Shown in pieces: positions 1-12,139 of a stretch of 32,000 nucleotides of DNA. A model generated the notes under the pieces. The model worked only from the letters and a program-made list of their open reading frames with translations. It did no database searches and had not been told where the DNA came from. The translations under genes were made by a program, and so were the position numbers. The stretch comes from Opitutales bacterium (lineage in GTDB: Bacteria > Verrucomicrobiota > Verrucomicrobiia > Opitutales > Coraliomargaritaceae): contig JBMYVL010000003.1 of NCBI GenBank assembly GCA_049606355.1, positions 1 to 32,000 on the forward strand. The letters run 5' to 3'. Numbering within the stretch: the stretch's first letter is position 1; every line of letters begins with the position of its first letter.

Positions 1-103
1 ACGTATCGGTGAACTTGAATTTATTGAGAGTCTACCTACGGACAGCAAGAGTGACTAAGGGACGCTTGGGAGCCGCACGACCCCAGCGCTACCCCAACAT
101 TGA

Positions 104-343
104 TTACAGCATTGGCAAAGCGGGACTGCTCACGCGGTCGGTCCAGCTCACAGGGTCATTAAGGAGACCACCTTTAGTCAGCTCCCCGGCAAAGCTGAAA
201 GTGCTCGTATCGCTCAATCACTTCAGACGAAGCATGCGAATACCTGGAAGGCAAGCTACCTCAAAAAGCATCCTGAAGCAGACACCAATCGAGATGGTGT
301 CCTATCTTGGCCGGAACTGAATGCGCATCAAAAATCCAAGTGA
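104..343 (+). pseudogene. Possible decayed or non-canonically initiated small EF-hand protein ORF
   Basis: Frame 2 is open from 104 to the TGA at 341-343 and ends in '...YLKKHPEADTNRDGVLSWPELNAHQKSK'. D-T-N-R-D-G-V-L-S-W-P-E (281-316) fits the 12-residue EF-hand loop pattern DxNxDGxhxxxE. AAGGAG lies at 161-166. There is no in-frame ATG/GTG/TTG before a late CTG, and the codon 6 nt after the SD is TTT (173-175). Confidence 0.25.
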
Positions 344-527
344 CGCTGCATCATGCGCGTCGCCTCCGGAGCGCAGCGAAATCAAGATTACGAATTTCAA
401 CGCGCTTCAAATCTCGCCCCAGCCGCAAGGGAGCGCCCAAGTCGTCCGTTAAGCGAATATTGCTAAATCACCGCGAAAAGAGATTGTTCCGAGGCAGTTC
501 GGTCGCCAACGTAGCGCATTCCACGCT

Positions 528-4430
<3,903 letters not shown>

Positions 4431-4769
4431 GCCCAGCTGCCAGTCTGACTTAGCTGTAATCGCAAAATCTTTACAATACGCACCAGAAACGAGGTCGGTT
4501 TCCCTTGCGCGCCTGGCACGATCGCTCGATTGACTCTAAAGTGTGCAGCAGGCTCCTCGACCCTTAGCTGAGCGGCTATCGCCGCTGGCAGGACACCAAG
4601 CCAATTGGAGGCACCTGCCTGACCGAAACGAGTGCGCGTTTCGACCGTAGTTTCAATTGTGCTGCGGATTTGTGTCACTCATCCGCAGCGCAACCTTGAC
4701 TTTAATTCAACCCATAGATTCAAAATCCATTCAAATTAAACGTCCCGTAATCCTTCTACAGCCGCATTG

Positions 4770-6152
4770 ATGAACCACTACGCTCCACTCGCCCTGTTCG
4801 GCGCGCTCGCCGCGCTCTTCCTGCTCGCCTCGCCGCAGCAAGTCGACGCCCAAACACCGAAGCAGCCGAATATTGTCTTCTTCCTGGTCGACGATCTGGG
4901 ATATGGCGACCTCGGTTACAGTGGTTCGAACTTAGCGCAAACGCCGAACATTGACCGATTCGCGCAGCAAAACCTTGTTTTTTCAAATGCCTACGCGGCT
5001 TCGCCACATTGCTCACCGACAAGAGCCTCGATCGTCACCGGGCAATACCCGGCACGTCTACATATTACCGTATGGATCGGCGGAAAGAAACCGACTACGT
5101 ATGAAAATCTCGAGATTCCGACCCAGAAGCGTTTCCTCGCCGGGGACATACCAACCATCGCCGAATATTTGCAAGACAAGGGCTATACAACTGCCCAGGT
5201 TGGCAAATGGCACATCGGAAGCCCTCGTGTTCCGATCGAGGAGCACGGCTTTGATTATGTAATCGGGCACAGACCGGGCGCAGGACCCGGCCCCAAAGGA
5301 TGGTTTGGCCCCTACCAGTCGATCCAAAATTTTGACGGGCCCGAGGGTGAATATATCACCGATCGACTCACGGATGAGGCGATCCAATTCATAACCGACA
5401 CGAAGGACGAGCCCTTCTTTCTATTGCTGCAGCACTACGATGTGCACGCTCCGCTGCGAGCGCCGGAGGCACTCGTGCAGAAATATGTAGATCAGGGGCA
5501 CCCGCGTGAAAAAGGTCGTGAAAATGCCACCTTCCTGGCCATGAAGGAGTGCACCGATGCTAGCTTCGGCCGCATTATCCACACACTCGAAGCGCTGGAG
5601 ATCGCCGATAACACCATTGTGATCTTTTTCTCAGACAACGGTGGGGTCTCCTACTATGCCAACAACTTGCCACTGCGCGCAGGCAAGAAGTCACTTTACG
5701 AAGGCGGGATCCGTGTGCCCATGATTGTTCGTGTGCCCGGTCTGACTGAAGCCGGTGTTTGCGATGTGCCCGTCAATTCGGTCGACTTCTTCCCAACTTT
5801 GGTCGAGCTCACGGGAGGAAACCCTGCCGAGATTCCGACCACGCTGGACGGCCTGAGTCTCCGTTCAATCTTTGCCGGCGGCGAGCTGAAGCGCGACGCA
5901 CTCTACTGGCACATGCCGCAACCAGGCAAGGATTGGAGCGTCATCCCACCACAGGGCGCGGTGCGCATGGGACCGTGGAAACTCGTCCACCATTACGGTG
6001 AAACCAAACCTGACGAACTCTACAATCTCGACAGCGACATCTCCGAAGAGAGGAATCTGGCGCGCCGCAACCCCGAGCGTGTGAAGGAAATGCGCGCCAT
6101 GCTCGAAGCGCACCTCGAAGCGACCCAGGCACAAACAGTCACGATCCGCTAG
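4770..6152 (+). CDS. Secreted Cys-type (formylglycine-dependent) sulfatase
   Basis: ATG at 4770, with an in-frame TTG at 4767. Signal-peptide-like 'LALFGALAALFLLASPQQVDAQ'. 'IVFFLVDDLGYGD' is the metal-binding start and 'CSPTRASIVTGQYP' is the C-x-P-x-R formylglycine motif. 'FFSDNGG' is also present. Confidence 0.9.
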   Translation: MNHYAPLALFGALAALFLLASPQQVDAQTPKQPNIVFFLVDDLGYGDLGYSGSNLAQTPNIDRFAQQNLVFSNAYAASPHCSPTRASIVTGQYPARLHITVWIGGKKPTTYENLEIPTQKRFLAGDIPTIAEYLQDKGYTTAQVGKWHIGSPRVPIEEHGFDYVIGHRPGAGPGPKGWFGPYQSIQNFDGPEGEYITDRLTDEAIQFITDTKDEPFFLLLQHYDVHAPLRAPEALVQKYVDQGHPREKGRENATFLAMKECTDASFGRIIHTLEALEIADNTIVIFFSDNGGVSYYANNLPLRAGKKSLYEGGIRVPMIVRVPGLTEAGVCDVPVNSVDFFPTLVELTGGNPAEIPTTLDGLSLRSIFAGGELKRDALYWHMPQPGKDWSVIPPQGAVRMGPWKLVHHYGETKPDELYNLDSDISEERNLARRNPERVKEMRAMLEAHLEATQAQTVTIR

Positions 6153-6320
6153 CATTGCCGAAGGCCACGCCCTACAGGGCGATGGCATCCACGTAGTCTT
6201 GTAGAGCGGGTGCGAGCAGGATGCCTGCGCTCCAGCTCTTGGCTGGCAGCCTTCCGACAGTGCTGTAAGTTCGCCCCACTGGCCTAGCCGCGGGACAGCA
6301 AATCCCTATCGGACACGCCC

Positions 6321-6584
6321 TCATGCATCCCATTCGTCGGCACTCAGGTCTATGTTGGCAGCGAAGCGTCGCTCGAAGCGCTTGCGGTGCTTCGTGATGC
6401 GACCGCTGACACGCGCGCGCCAACGACGAAAAGAACTGGGTTTCAATTCACGGCGCAGGATACGAATCACTGCTGCTTCACTCAAACCAGTGCGTGACTG
6501 AATCGACTCAAAACTGGTACGGTCCTCCCAGGCCATACGAATGATGTGGTCGGTCGACACAGCGGTAGGATGAGTCGTTTTCAT
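6321..6584 (-). CDS. TIGR03643 / DUF2805 family small protein (photolyase-associated, function unknown)
   Basis: 87-aa ORF with ATG at 6584, 16 nt downstream of the photolyase stop. 'IIRMAWEDRTSFESIQSRTGLSEAAVIRILRRELKPSSFRRWRARVSGRITKH' matches my recollection of this family's conserved core. Confidence 0.7.
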   Translation of the reverse strand: MKTTHPTAVSTDHIIRMAWEDRTSFESIQSRTGLSEAAVIRILRRELKPSSFRRWRARVSGRITKHRKRFERRFAANIDLSADEWDA

Positions 6585-6600
6585 TGGCGGTATTCAGGGC

Positions 6601-8118
6601 TCAAGGCGTTTGTGTCGGATTACCGATTTTTGCGCTGCTCTTACGGTTTAAGCCTCGCTTTCGGCTACCGTGGCGCTCGAGTACGTACTGTGCCGCACGC
6701 CAGTAGTCCTCGCGTTCACGTAATGCTTTAAAACGGGCACGTGCGTAACGAATCGCGGTGAGGTGATCCACAATCGGTGCCGGATAATCACGCCCGATAA
6801 GGCACTGCGCCTCGATCTGCAACAAGTCAGGCAGTTTCCACGGCTCATGTATATCCGTAGCGGACAGCGTGCGTAATTCGGGAACCCATTTTCGGATAAA
6901 GTCGCCCTGCGGGTCGTGGTCCTTGCCTTGCTTTATCGGGTTATAAATACGCAGGGTGTTGATACCGGTGAGGCCACTTTGCATCTGCACCTGAGAGAGG
7001 TGGATGCCTGGTTCGTAATCAATAAATTGGCAGGCAAGCCAATCCTTGAAGTGGCGCCAATCGAGCCAAAGATGATAGCTGGCAAACGACACCAACATCG
7101 CGCGCATCCGAAAGTTGATCCACCCATGGGCTTTCAACGCACGCATACAGGCGTCTACAAAAGGATATCCCGTATTGCCCGACTGCCACGCGCGCAAATG
7201 AGACGCGTTGGGTGGGCCAGCGCGCAAGTCATCACACACACGATTGAAGGCGTGCCGCTCAATCGCCGGTTCAGCCTCTAATTTTTGAATAAAATGACAA
7301 TGCCAGTGGCAGCGGGAGATAAAGGCACGAGCTGCTATCTTAGGCATTACTCCATTAGCACTGGCAGCACGCACGCGCTGAACTACGGTACGCATCGAAA
7401 TACAGCCCCAAGCCAAGAAGGCACTCAACCGGGAGCAACTCGAATACGCTGTCGCAGGGCGACTCATCTCCCGATGGTAACGATGCCCGCGCACCTGAAT
7501 AAAGCTCTCCAATTGGCGCTGCCCCTCCGCCTCGCCACCCCGCAGATCCACCTGTCGTTTTGCGCCCGATGAAATACCCAACTCCTTTGCGCTCGGAATA
7601 TAGGCGGGTGCTACTGTTTGCACCGCAGACGCGATCTGAACCGGTGCCGGTAATAGTGGCGCTGCCATCCGAGCTTCCCATTGCCGCGCCCAACCGTCGC
7701 GTTGGCGCAAGCCGCGCACGACCCCATTCTGTGGCAGCTCCATCCACTCGATAGCTTTGCTTGCTGCCCAGTTTGCCACCCAGCGATCCCGCGCATATGT
7801 CCGCGCATTCCCGGTTTCTTGGTGTGACCACAGCGTCGTAAACTGATAGCGCTCCCACAGGCGCGGCAAGACCGCGTCGACATCACCCTGTTCAACCAAG
7901 AGGGATGTGCCGCAGCTGCTCAAACGCTCTGCCAATTCGCGCAGGGCAGTTGCAATAAACTCCCAATGCATGGCATCGAAGTCGGGTGCATGGATAATTC
8001 GAGGCTCGATGATATACACCGGTACAATCGGCCCCCGCTGCAGTGCAGCGACCAAAGCCGCATGATCGGACAAGCGCAGGTCGCGCTTAAACCAGACGCA
8101 TTGGATCGGTGGATTCAT
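6601..8118 (-). CDS. Cryptochrome/photolyase family (CPF) FAD-binding protein, divergent subclass
   Basis: '[15 protein letters not shown]' is the N-terminal photolyase signature. The C-terminal FAD_binding_7-like region reads '[40 protein letters not shown]...[26 protein letters not shown]'. I prefer ATG at 8118 over the upstream GTG at 8187 because it forms an ATGA overlap with the DUF2256 stop and sits just before the WFKRDLR motif. Confidence 0.9.
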   Translation of the reverse strand: MNPPIQCVWFKRDLRLSDHAALVAALQRGPIVPVYIIEPRIIHAPDFDAMHWEFIATALRELAERLSSCGTSLLVEQGDVDAVLPRLWERYQFTTLWSHQETGNARTYARDRWVANWAASKAIEWMELPQNGVVRGLRQRDGWARQWEARMAAPLLPAPVQIASAVQTVAPAYIPSAKELGISSGAKRQVDLRGGEAEGQRQLESFIQVRGHRYHREMSRPATAYSSCSRLSAFLAWGCISMRTVVQRVRAASANGVMPKIAARAFISRCHWHCHFIQKLEAEPAIERHAFNRVCDDLRAGPPNASHLRAWQSGNTGYPFVDACMRALKAHGWINFRMRAMLVSFASYHLWLDWRHFKDWLACQFIDYEPGIHLSQVQMQSGLTGINTLRIYNPIKQGKDHDPQGDFIRKWVPELRTLSATDIHEPWKLPDLLQIEAQCLIGRDYPAPIVDHLTAIRYARARFKALREREDYWRAAQYVLERHGSRKRGLNRKSSAKIGNPTQTP

Positions 8119-8276
8119 GGAACCACGGACCGCTGCCGGCGACACGCCTGTGAGCAGTATGCTACCGACTCCCAACAACGCGCCCACTTTTTGCGCCAGT
8201 TAAAAGGCCGCCCACAATGCCGGCATAATTTCGACGGCAAATGATGCTTATCAACGACTTTACCGTTACGACGCAT
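8115..8276 (-). CDS. DUF2256 domain protein (small basic four-Cys zinc-ribbon-like protein)
   Basis: Internal ATG at 8276 of the 102-aa ORF gives the 53-aa protein '[53 protein letters not shown]'. The 'LPxKxCxxCGRPFxWRKKW...YCSxxCR' pattern is characteristic of DUF2256 as I recall it. Confidence 0.8.
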   Translation of the reverse strand: MRRNGKVVDKHHLPSKLCRHCGRPFNWRKKWARCWESVAYCSQACRRQRSVVP

Positions 8277-8703
8277 CCTCGCAGCTGTTGTCCTGACAAG
8301 CTTCCAAGGCATTGCGGAAGGCAGGCGTCCACGGTGTCGGCTGTTGAGTGGACGCCGACAATTTGCACACCGTGCGCGTGCCATCACAATAAACCACAGC
8401 CTCCTGAGGATGCCGAATTGCAAAGCGCATCGTCACCCCACCACTACGGATGCGTTCGATCGTGTAATCAACCGCGATCGGGCCCGGATTATTGAGCGCC
8501 TGCCGATAACGGGCCTCCAGGCTGTGTACCACCACATAGATATCCTCGTCGCGCGCTGCATTAAAATCCTCCACGCCCAAGAGCTGCTCAAAGAATTTTT
8601 GCTGCGCACGCTCCAAGTGAAGTAAGTAGCGTGTGTGGTGCAGTAAGCCCAAGCCATCCAACTCGTCAAAGTGGACCTCAGAAAGATAAGTGAAATGTGC
8701 CAT
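8266..8703 (-). CDS. Acyl-CoA thioesterase, hotdog fold (4HBT/YbgC-like)
   Basis: 145-aa ORF with ATG at 8703. '[29 protein letters not shown]' is typical of the 4HBT-type thioesterase N-terminal catalytic region. Confidence 0.8.
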   Translation of the reverse strand: MAHFTYLSEVHFDELDGLGLLHHTRYLLHLERAQQKFFEQLLGVEDFNAARDEDIYVVVHSLEARYRQALNNPGPIAVDYTIERIRSGGVTMRFAIRHPQEAVVYCDGTRTVCKLSASTQQPTPWTPAFRNALEACQDNSCEDAS

Positions 8704-8769
8704 ACCACTAAAACGAAGCTACGGGCAAAAGCTTACCATTCAGCAGTGCAACATGTAGGGATTGAGCGC

Positions 8770-9024
8770 TCAGACCGATACATGGATATGGAGACTAAAG
8801 CTAAAAACATTCAGGCGATGCCACGCCCGCACGGCGATGGCCACCAAGTCAGCTATGAGCTGGGCCATTCCCGTAAAGTTCACCAATTTAAATTGCCCGC
8901 GTCTCCCACTGAAGCACCGCCACACGGCGCTGGCTCCTACCACGATCCCGTACAGCATGAAAAATGGATGGCACGCATCGACGCCTACCTCACTGCACAA
9001 CGCAGCGATCCATCCTAAGAGCAT
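8770..9024 (-). CDS. Hypothetical small membrane protein
   Basis: 84-aa ORF whose ATG (9024) directly abuts the DUF2062 stop (TAA at 9025-9027, i.e. TAAATG). It has two hydrophobic segments ('LLGWIAALCSEVGV...FFMLYGIVVGASAVW' and 'MAQLIADLVAIAVRAW'). Two plus-strand ORFs are also open here, so the call is tentative. Confidence 0.35.
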   Translation of the reverse strand: MLLGWIAALCSEVGVDACHPFFMLYGIVVGASAVWRCFSGRRGQFKLVNFTGMAQLIADLVAIAVRAWHRLNVFSFSLHIHVSV

Positions 9025-9489
9025 TTATTGCCAATCACGGTCGACTTCATGCCAAGCACGGCGGAGACAGGTGGCCGCAAGGAAATAAAGCGATCCGTAT
9101 AAAAGCGGCACACAGACCAGCCAGCCAACGATCGCATGTACAAAGGTCCAAGCGAACTCTACCGTAGTGGCCCAGCTCTCCGCATAAAAACGGCGGCTGA
9201 ACTCAGCGAGGCTCAGCCGAAACGGTTCAGCACCAAACAAAGATTCACCAAGGCGGAGAAACGGAAAAATCAGCGCAAGTTTCAACGGCCCACAGACCCA
9301 GTTAAACGCGTGCACGATCGGTTGGTTTAGGCGCGCCCACTGCGCCACGCCGGTATTGATTAAAGTCGAAAACCCGAGGATCGGGAAAACGCCGACCGTT
9401 AAACCCGTGGCCACCGCACGACTACAGTCACGCTCACTCAAGCCCTGTACGAGTTGCGCTCGAATGAGACGTTGCAGGCGGCCTAACAC
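9025..9489 (-). CDS. DUF2062 domain membrane protein
   Basis: 154-aa ORF with a GTG start. 'GLSERDCSRAVATGLTVGVFPILGFSTLINTGVAQWARLNQPIV' resembles the DUF2062 conserved core, followed by hydrophobic helices. Confidence 0.75.
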   Translation of the reverse strand: MLGRLQRLIRAQLVQGLSERDCSRAVATGLTVGVFPILGFSTLINTGVAQWARLNQPIVHAFNWVCGPLKLALIFPFLRLGESLFGAEPFRLSLAEFSRRFYAESWATTVEFAWTFVHAIVGWLVCVPLLYGSLYFLAATCLRRAWHEVDRDWQ

Positions 9490-9518
9490 GAAACGGGTGA
9501 TTGGTGCAAACGAGTGGC

Positions 9519-9764
9519 TTAGCGCCGACGCTCTTTTTCAATGGCTCTTAATTTCGCGCGCTCTTTGTCGAATTTATCGCGTTTACAGCTGCAGTGTAAG
9601 CAAAGCGGTGAATTATATACCAGCGCCAAGCGCTCATGGAGTTTCAACGGTCGTTGTTGACCCAACTCAACCAAACGCAGACCTGCCGTACAGCTCGGGA
9701 TTAGCATCCCAAGCACTGCATACGCACGATCCGTCAATGTCTTGTCCTGTGGGGCATTACTCAT
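9519..9764 (-). CDS. Hypothetical 81-aa protein, Cys-containing with a basic C-terminal tail
   Basis: ATG-initiated ORF lying 41 nt after the stomatin stop and ending 29 nt before the DUF2062 start. It has a hydrophobic stretch 'AYAVLGMLIPSCTAGL', a 'CLHCSC' cluster and a Lys/Arg/Glu-rich tail 'KRDKFDKERAKLRAIEKERRR'. I recognise no family. Confidence 0.5.
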   Translation of the reverse strand: MSNAPQDKTLTDRAYAVLGMLIPSCTAGLRLVELGQQRPLKLHERLALVYNSPLCLHCSCKRDKFDKERAKLRAIEKERRR

Positions 9765-9805
9765 GACTCACTATTTGGAGCGAAATGCGATAAAAATCAA
9801 CCCTA

Positions 9806-10570
9806 TCACTCGGTTTCTGCAGGACGCTTCGACTTCGGAATAAATTGATTCAGGAAGTCAATTGGCAAGGGGAAGACAATGGTTGAGTTCTTCTCACCGG
9901 CAATCTGATTGAGCGTTTGCAGGTAGCGCAGTTGTATCGCCTTGTCCTCGCCCGCAAGTATCGACGCTGCATCGGTTAATTTCTGTGCGGCTTGATGCTC
10001 ACCCTCCGCATGAATAACTTTGGCACGTCGGTCGCGCTCTGCCTCAGCCTGCCGTGCAATCGCCCGAATCATACTCTCATTTAAATCCACATGCTTAATT
10101 TCAACATTGGAGACTTTAATCCCCCAAACATCGGTTTGCTGATCCAAGATACTCTGAATATGCGCGTTCAGCTGTTCACGCTGTGCGAGCATTTCGTCCA
10201 ACTCATGCTGCCCAAGTACTGAACGCAGCGTGGTCTGCGCCAACTGACTGGTAGCTTGAAAGTAATTTTCCACTTGTATGATGGCTTTCTGCGGGTCCAC
10301 CACTCGAAAATAGACCACCGCATTGACTTTAACGGACACGTTATCTCGCGAGATAACATCCTGGCTCGGCACATCCATCACGACCGTGCGCAGGCTGACA
10401 CGGACGATCTGCTGCACAAAGGGAATGACTATAATTAACCCCGGTCCTTTTACTTTGTAAAAACGACCCAGGAAGAAAATAACGCCCCGTTCGTATTCAC
10501 GTAAGATACGGAATGCGTAGAGAACCAGCGCGGCGGCAAGGACAACAAATGCGATCGTGAAGTGATTCAT
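9806..10570 (-). CDS. SPFH/Band-7 (stomatin-like, slipin) membrane protein
   Basis: 254 aa with an N-terminal TM helix. '[14 protein letters not shown]...[11 protein letters not shown]' and '[24 protein letters not shown]' are typical of prokaryotic stomatins. A strong SD lies upstream. Confidence 0.92.
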   Translation of the reverse strand: MNHFTIAFVVLAAALVLYAFRILREYERGVIFFLGRFYKVKGPGLIIVIPFVQQIVRVSLRTVVMDVPSQDVISRDNVSVKVNAVVYFRVVDPQKAIIQVENYFQATSQLAQTTLRSVLGQHELDEMLAQREQLNAHIQSILDQQTDVWGIKVSNVEIKHVDLNESMIRAIARQAEAERDRRAKVIHAEGEHQAAQKLTDAASILAGEDKAIQLRYLQTLNQIAGEKNSTIVFPLPIDFLNQFIPKSKRPAETE

Positions 10571-10573
10571 AAT

Positions 10574-11920
10574 TTATACCTCCTTTGTAACGTCTAATAA
10601 TAAACCAGAAACGGACTGAATCTGTACGCGATCACCGGTGGCAAGTGATTCAGGGCAACGAATGCGCCACAACTCGCCATTGACAGCAACCAGCGGCTTC
10701 CCACCGGAGGTATCGACGACCTCGGCAATTTCCCCGATGAGGGTTGCCACACCACTCACCACTGCCTGCCGCCGCGACCGTAGCAATAGACTGAGCACCA
10801 AAATCAGAACCCCTGCACTGACCGCGGCCAAGGCAAGGATGAGCGGCAACGCGATTTGGTAGCCCGGCAGCTCGGTGTCCATCAACATGATGGATCCCAA
10901 CACAAAAGCGATGACACCACCGACACCCAACACACCCCAACTGGGACTGAATGCCTCTGCTGCCATCAACCCTAAGCCGAGTAGCATCAATGCCAGCGCG
11001 GAATAGCTGATCGGTAGTAATTGAATGGCATATAAGGCGAGCAATAAGCAAATGCCGCCAACAATTCCGCCCACCCCGAAGCCAGGGCTCGAAAATTCGA
11101 AAATCAGGCCATAGATGCCCACAAGTAAGAGCATATAAGCCATGCTTGGGTTAGTGATCACACGTAGGAAATCGGTCCGCCAATCCGGCTCCACTGGCTC
11201 GATGGGCGCGCCCGCGGTGTGAAGGATCACTGCCCCCGCCTCCATTTGCACCGTGCGCCCGTCGAGCGCCTGTAACAGCGCTGGCACATCCTCGGCAATT
11301 AAGTCAATGACTCCCATCTCGAAAGCCTCGGCTGCGGTCAGGGTGGCCGCCTCCCGCACGGCTCGTACCGTCCACTCCGCATTACGCCCACGCAACTCTG
11401 CGAGACTTTGCAGATAGGCCTGCGCATCATTGATGGCCTTTTGTTGCAGTGCGTCCTTTCCGCCCAAGGCTGGTGCGGCTCCCTGATCGCGGCCACCCTC
11501 AGGATCTTCCTGTGGCTCAGCGCCTGGTAGTGGCAATGCACCGCCGATAAAAACCGGTGTGGCCGCGCCGAGATGAGTCGCAGGCGCCATCGCAGCGATG
11601 TGACTGGCGTAAAGAATATAGGTGCCGGCACTGGCGGCACGACTGCCCGGTGGGCCCACATAACTCACCACAGGCGATTTCGAAGCTAGAATCGCTTGAA
11701 TGATCACGCGCATCGAGGCGTCGAGTCCACCCGGTGTGTTCATCCGTAAAACAATGCAGGTGGCACCTGCATGCGATGCATCGCGAAGTCCGCGCGCGAC
11801 ATAGTCGGCAGCTGCAGGCCCGACCGGGCCCTCTAAAGTTAACTCTACGACCCTCGCATCGTTAGCGGTGCCGACGGCACTGCCGATTAAACTCACCAGA
11901 AAAAATACGATCCATCTCAT
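10574..11920 (-). CDS. NfeD-family membrane-bound serine protease (ClpP class; stomatin operon partner)
   Basis: 448 aa. Signal/TM at the N-terminus, then a ClpP/S49-like domain ('LRMNTPGGLDAS', 'SRAASAGTYILYASHIAAMAPATHLGAATP'). This is followed by multiple TM helices and a C-terminal NfeD OB-fold ('VAVNGELWRIRCPESLATGDRVQI'). The stop is 3 nt from the stomatin start. Confidence 0.9.
   Translation of the reverse strand: MRWIVFFLVSLIGSAVGTANDARVVELTLEGPVGPAAADYVARGLRDASHAGATCIVLRMNTPGGLDASMRVIIQAILASKSPVVSYVGPPGSRAASAGTYILYASHIAAMAPATHLGAATPVFIGGALPLPGAEPQEDPEGGRDQGAAPALGGKDALQQKAINDAQAYLQSLAELRGRNAEWTVRAVREAATLTAAEAFEMGVIDLIAEDVPALLQALDGRTVQMEAGAVILHTAGAPIEPVEPDWRTDFLRVITNPSMAYMLLLVGIYGLIFEFSSPGFGVGGIVGGICLLLALYAIQLLPISYSALALMLLGLGLMAAEAFSPSWGVLGVGGVIAFVLGSIMLMDTELPGYQIALPLILALAAVSAGVLILVLSLLLRSRRQAVVSGVATLIGEIAEVVDTSGGKPLVAVNGELWRIRCPESLATGDRVQIQSVSGLLLDVTKEV
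10579..10585 (-). promoter_or_regulatory. Shine-Dalgarno (AAGGAGG) for the stomatin gene, embedded in the 3' end of nfeD
   Basis: The minus strand reads AAGGAGGTATAAATTATG, placing AAGGAGG 8 nt upstream of the ATG at 10570. Confidence 0.55.
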
Positions 11921-12139
11921 GCACGATTCCTTCCCACTGAGTTGGCCGTTAGCAACGATCCGCTAGCGCCAACGATATAACTTAGTGTATCCGATCGAGC
12001 ACCGGAGTCAAAACGCGCGCACCGTTCTCGAGCGGCTTCGCTGCCTGAACTCGTGCCCGATCCAATGCCGCGAGCGCCTTCCACCAAGTGCGGGATACAC
12101 GTTGCGCTCGGCTGGAAAGCTGTCCATGTTGTGGATGTT

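Noticed and set aside
2-58. Possible 3' end of an upstream plus-strand gene ('...RIGELEFIESLPTDSKSD*').
   Set aside because: Only 18 codons are visible from the window edge, which is too short to support as a feature.
344-527. Possible purine/ZTP-type riboswitch or other leader element upstream of purL.
   Set aside because: I could not find the conserved cores I remember for these classes, for example the CCGCCTGGGC-like pseudoknot segment of ZTP or the purine-riboswitch junction. Only weak, generic stems are present.
6172-6423. An 83-aa minus-strand ORF overlapping the 3' end of the TIGR03643 gene. A GC hairpin (6168-6181) also follows the sulfatase stop.
   Set aside because: The ORF is Arg/Cys/Ala-rich and out of frame with a recognisable family member. 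The hairpin has a 5-bp core with no T tract on either strand, so it is too weak to call a terminator.
8671-9088. Two plus-strand ORFs (115 and 108 aa) antisense to the DUF2062/thioesterase spacer.
   Set aside because: They are His/Arg/Pro-rich, mutually overlapping, and antisense to a uniform minus-strand gene run. The minus-strand membrane ORF is the more plausible reading, though still uncertain.
12053-12139. N-terminal extension of NAD kinase from the upstream ATG at 12053.
   Set aside because: The extra 29 residues ('[29 protein letters not shown]') have no NadK counterpart. The internal ATG at 12140 gives a typical NadK N-terminus.
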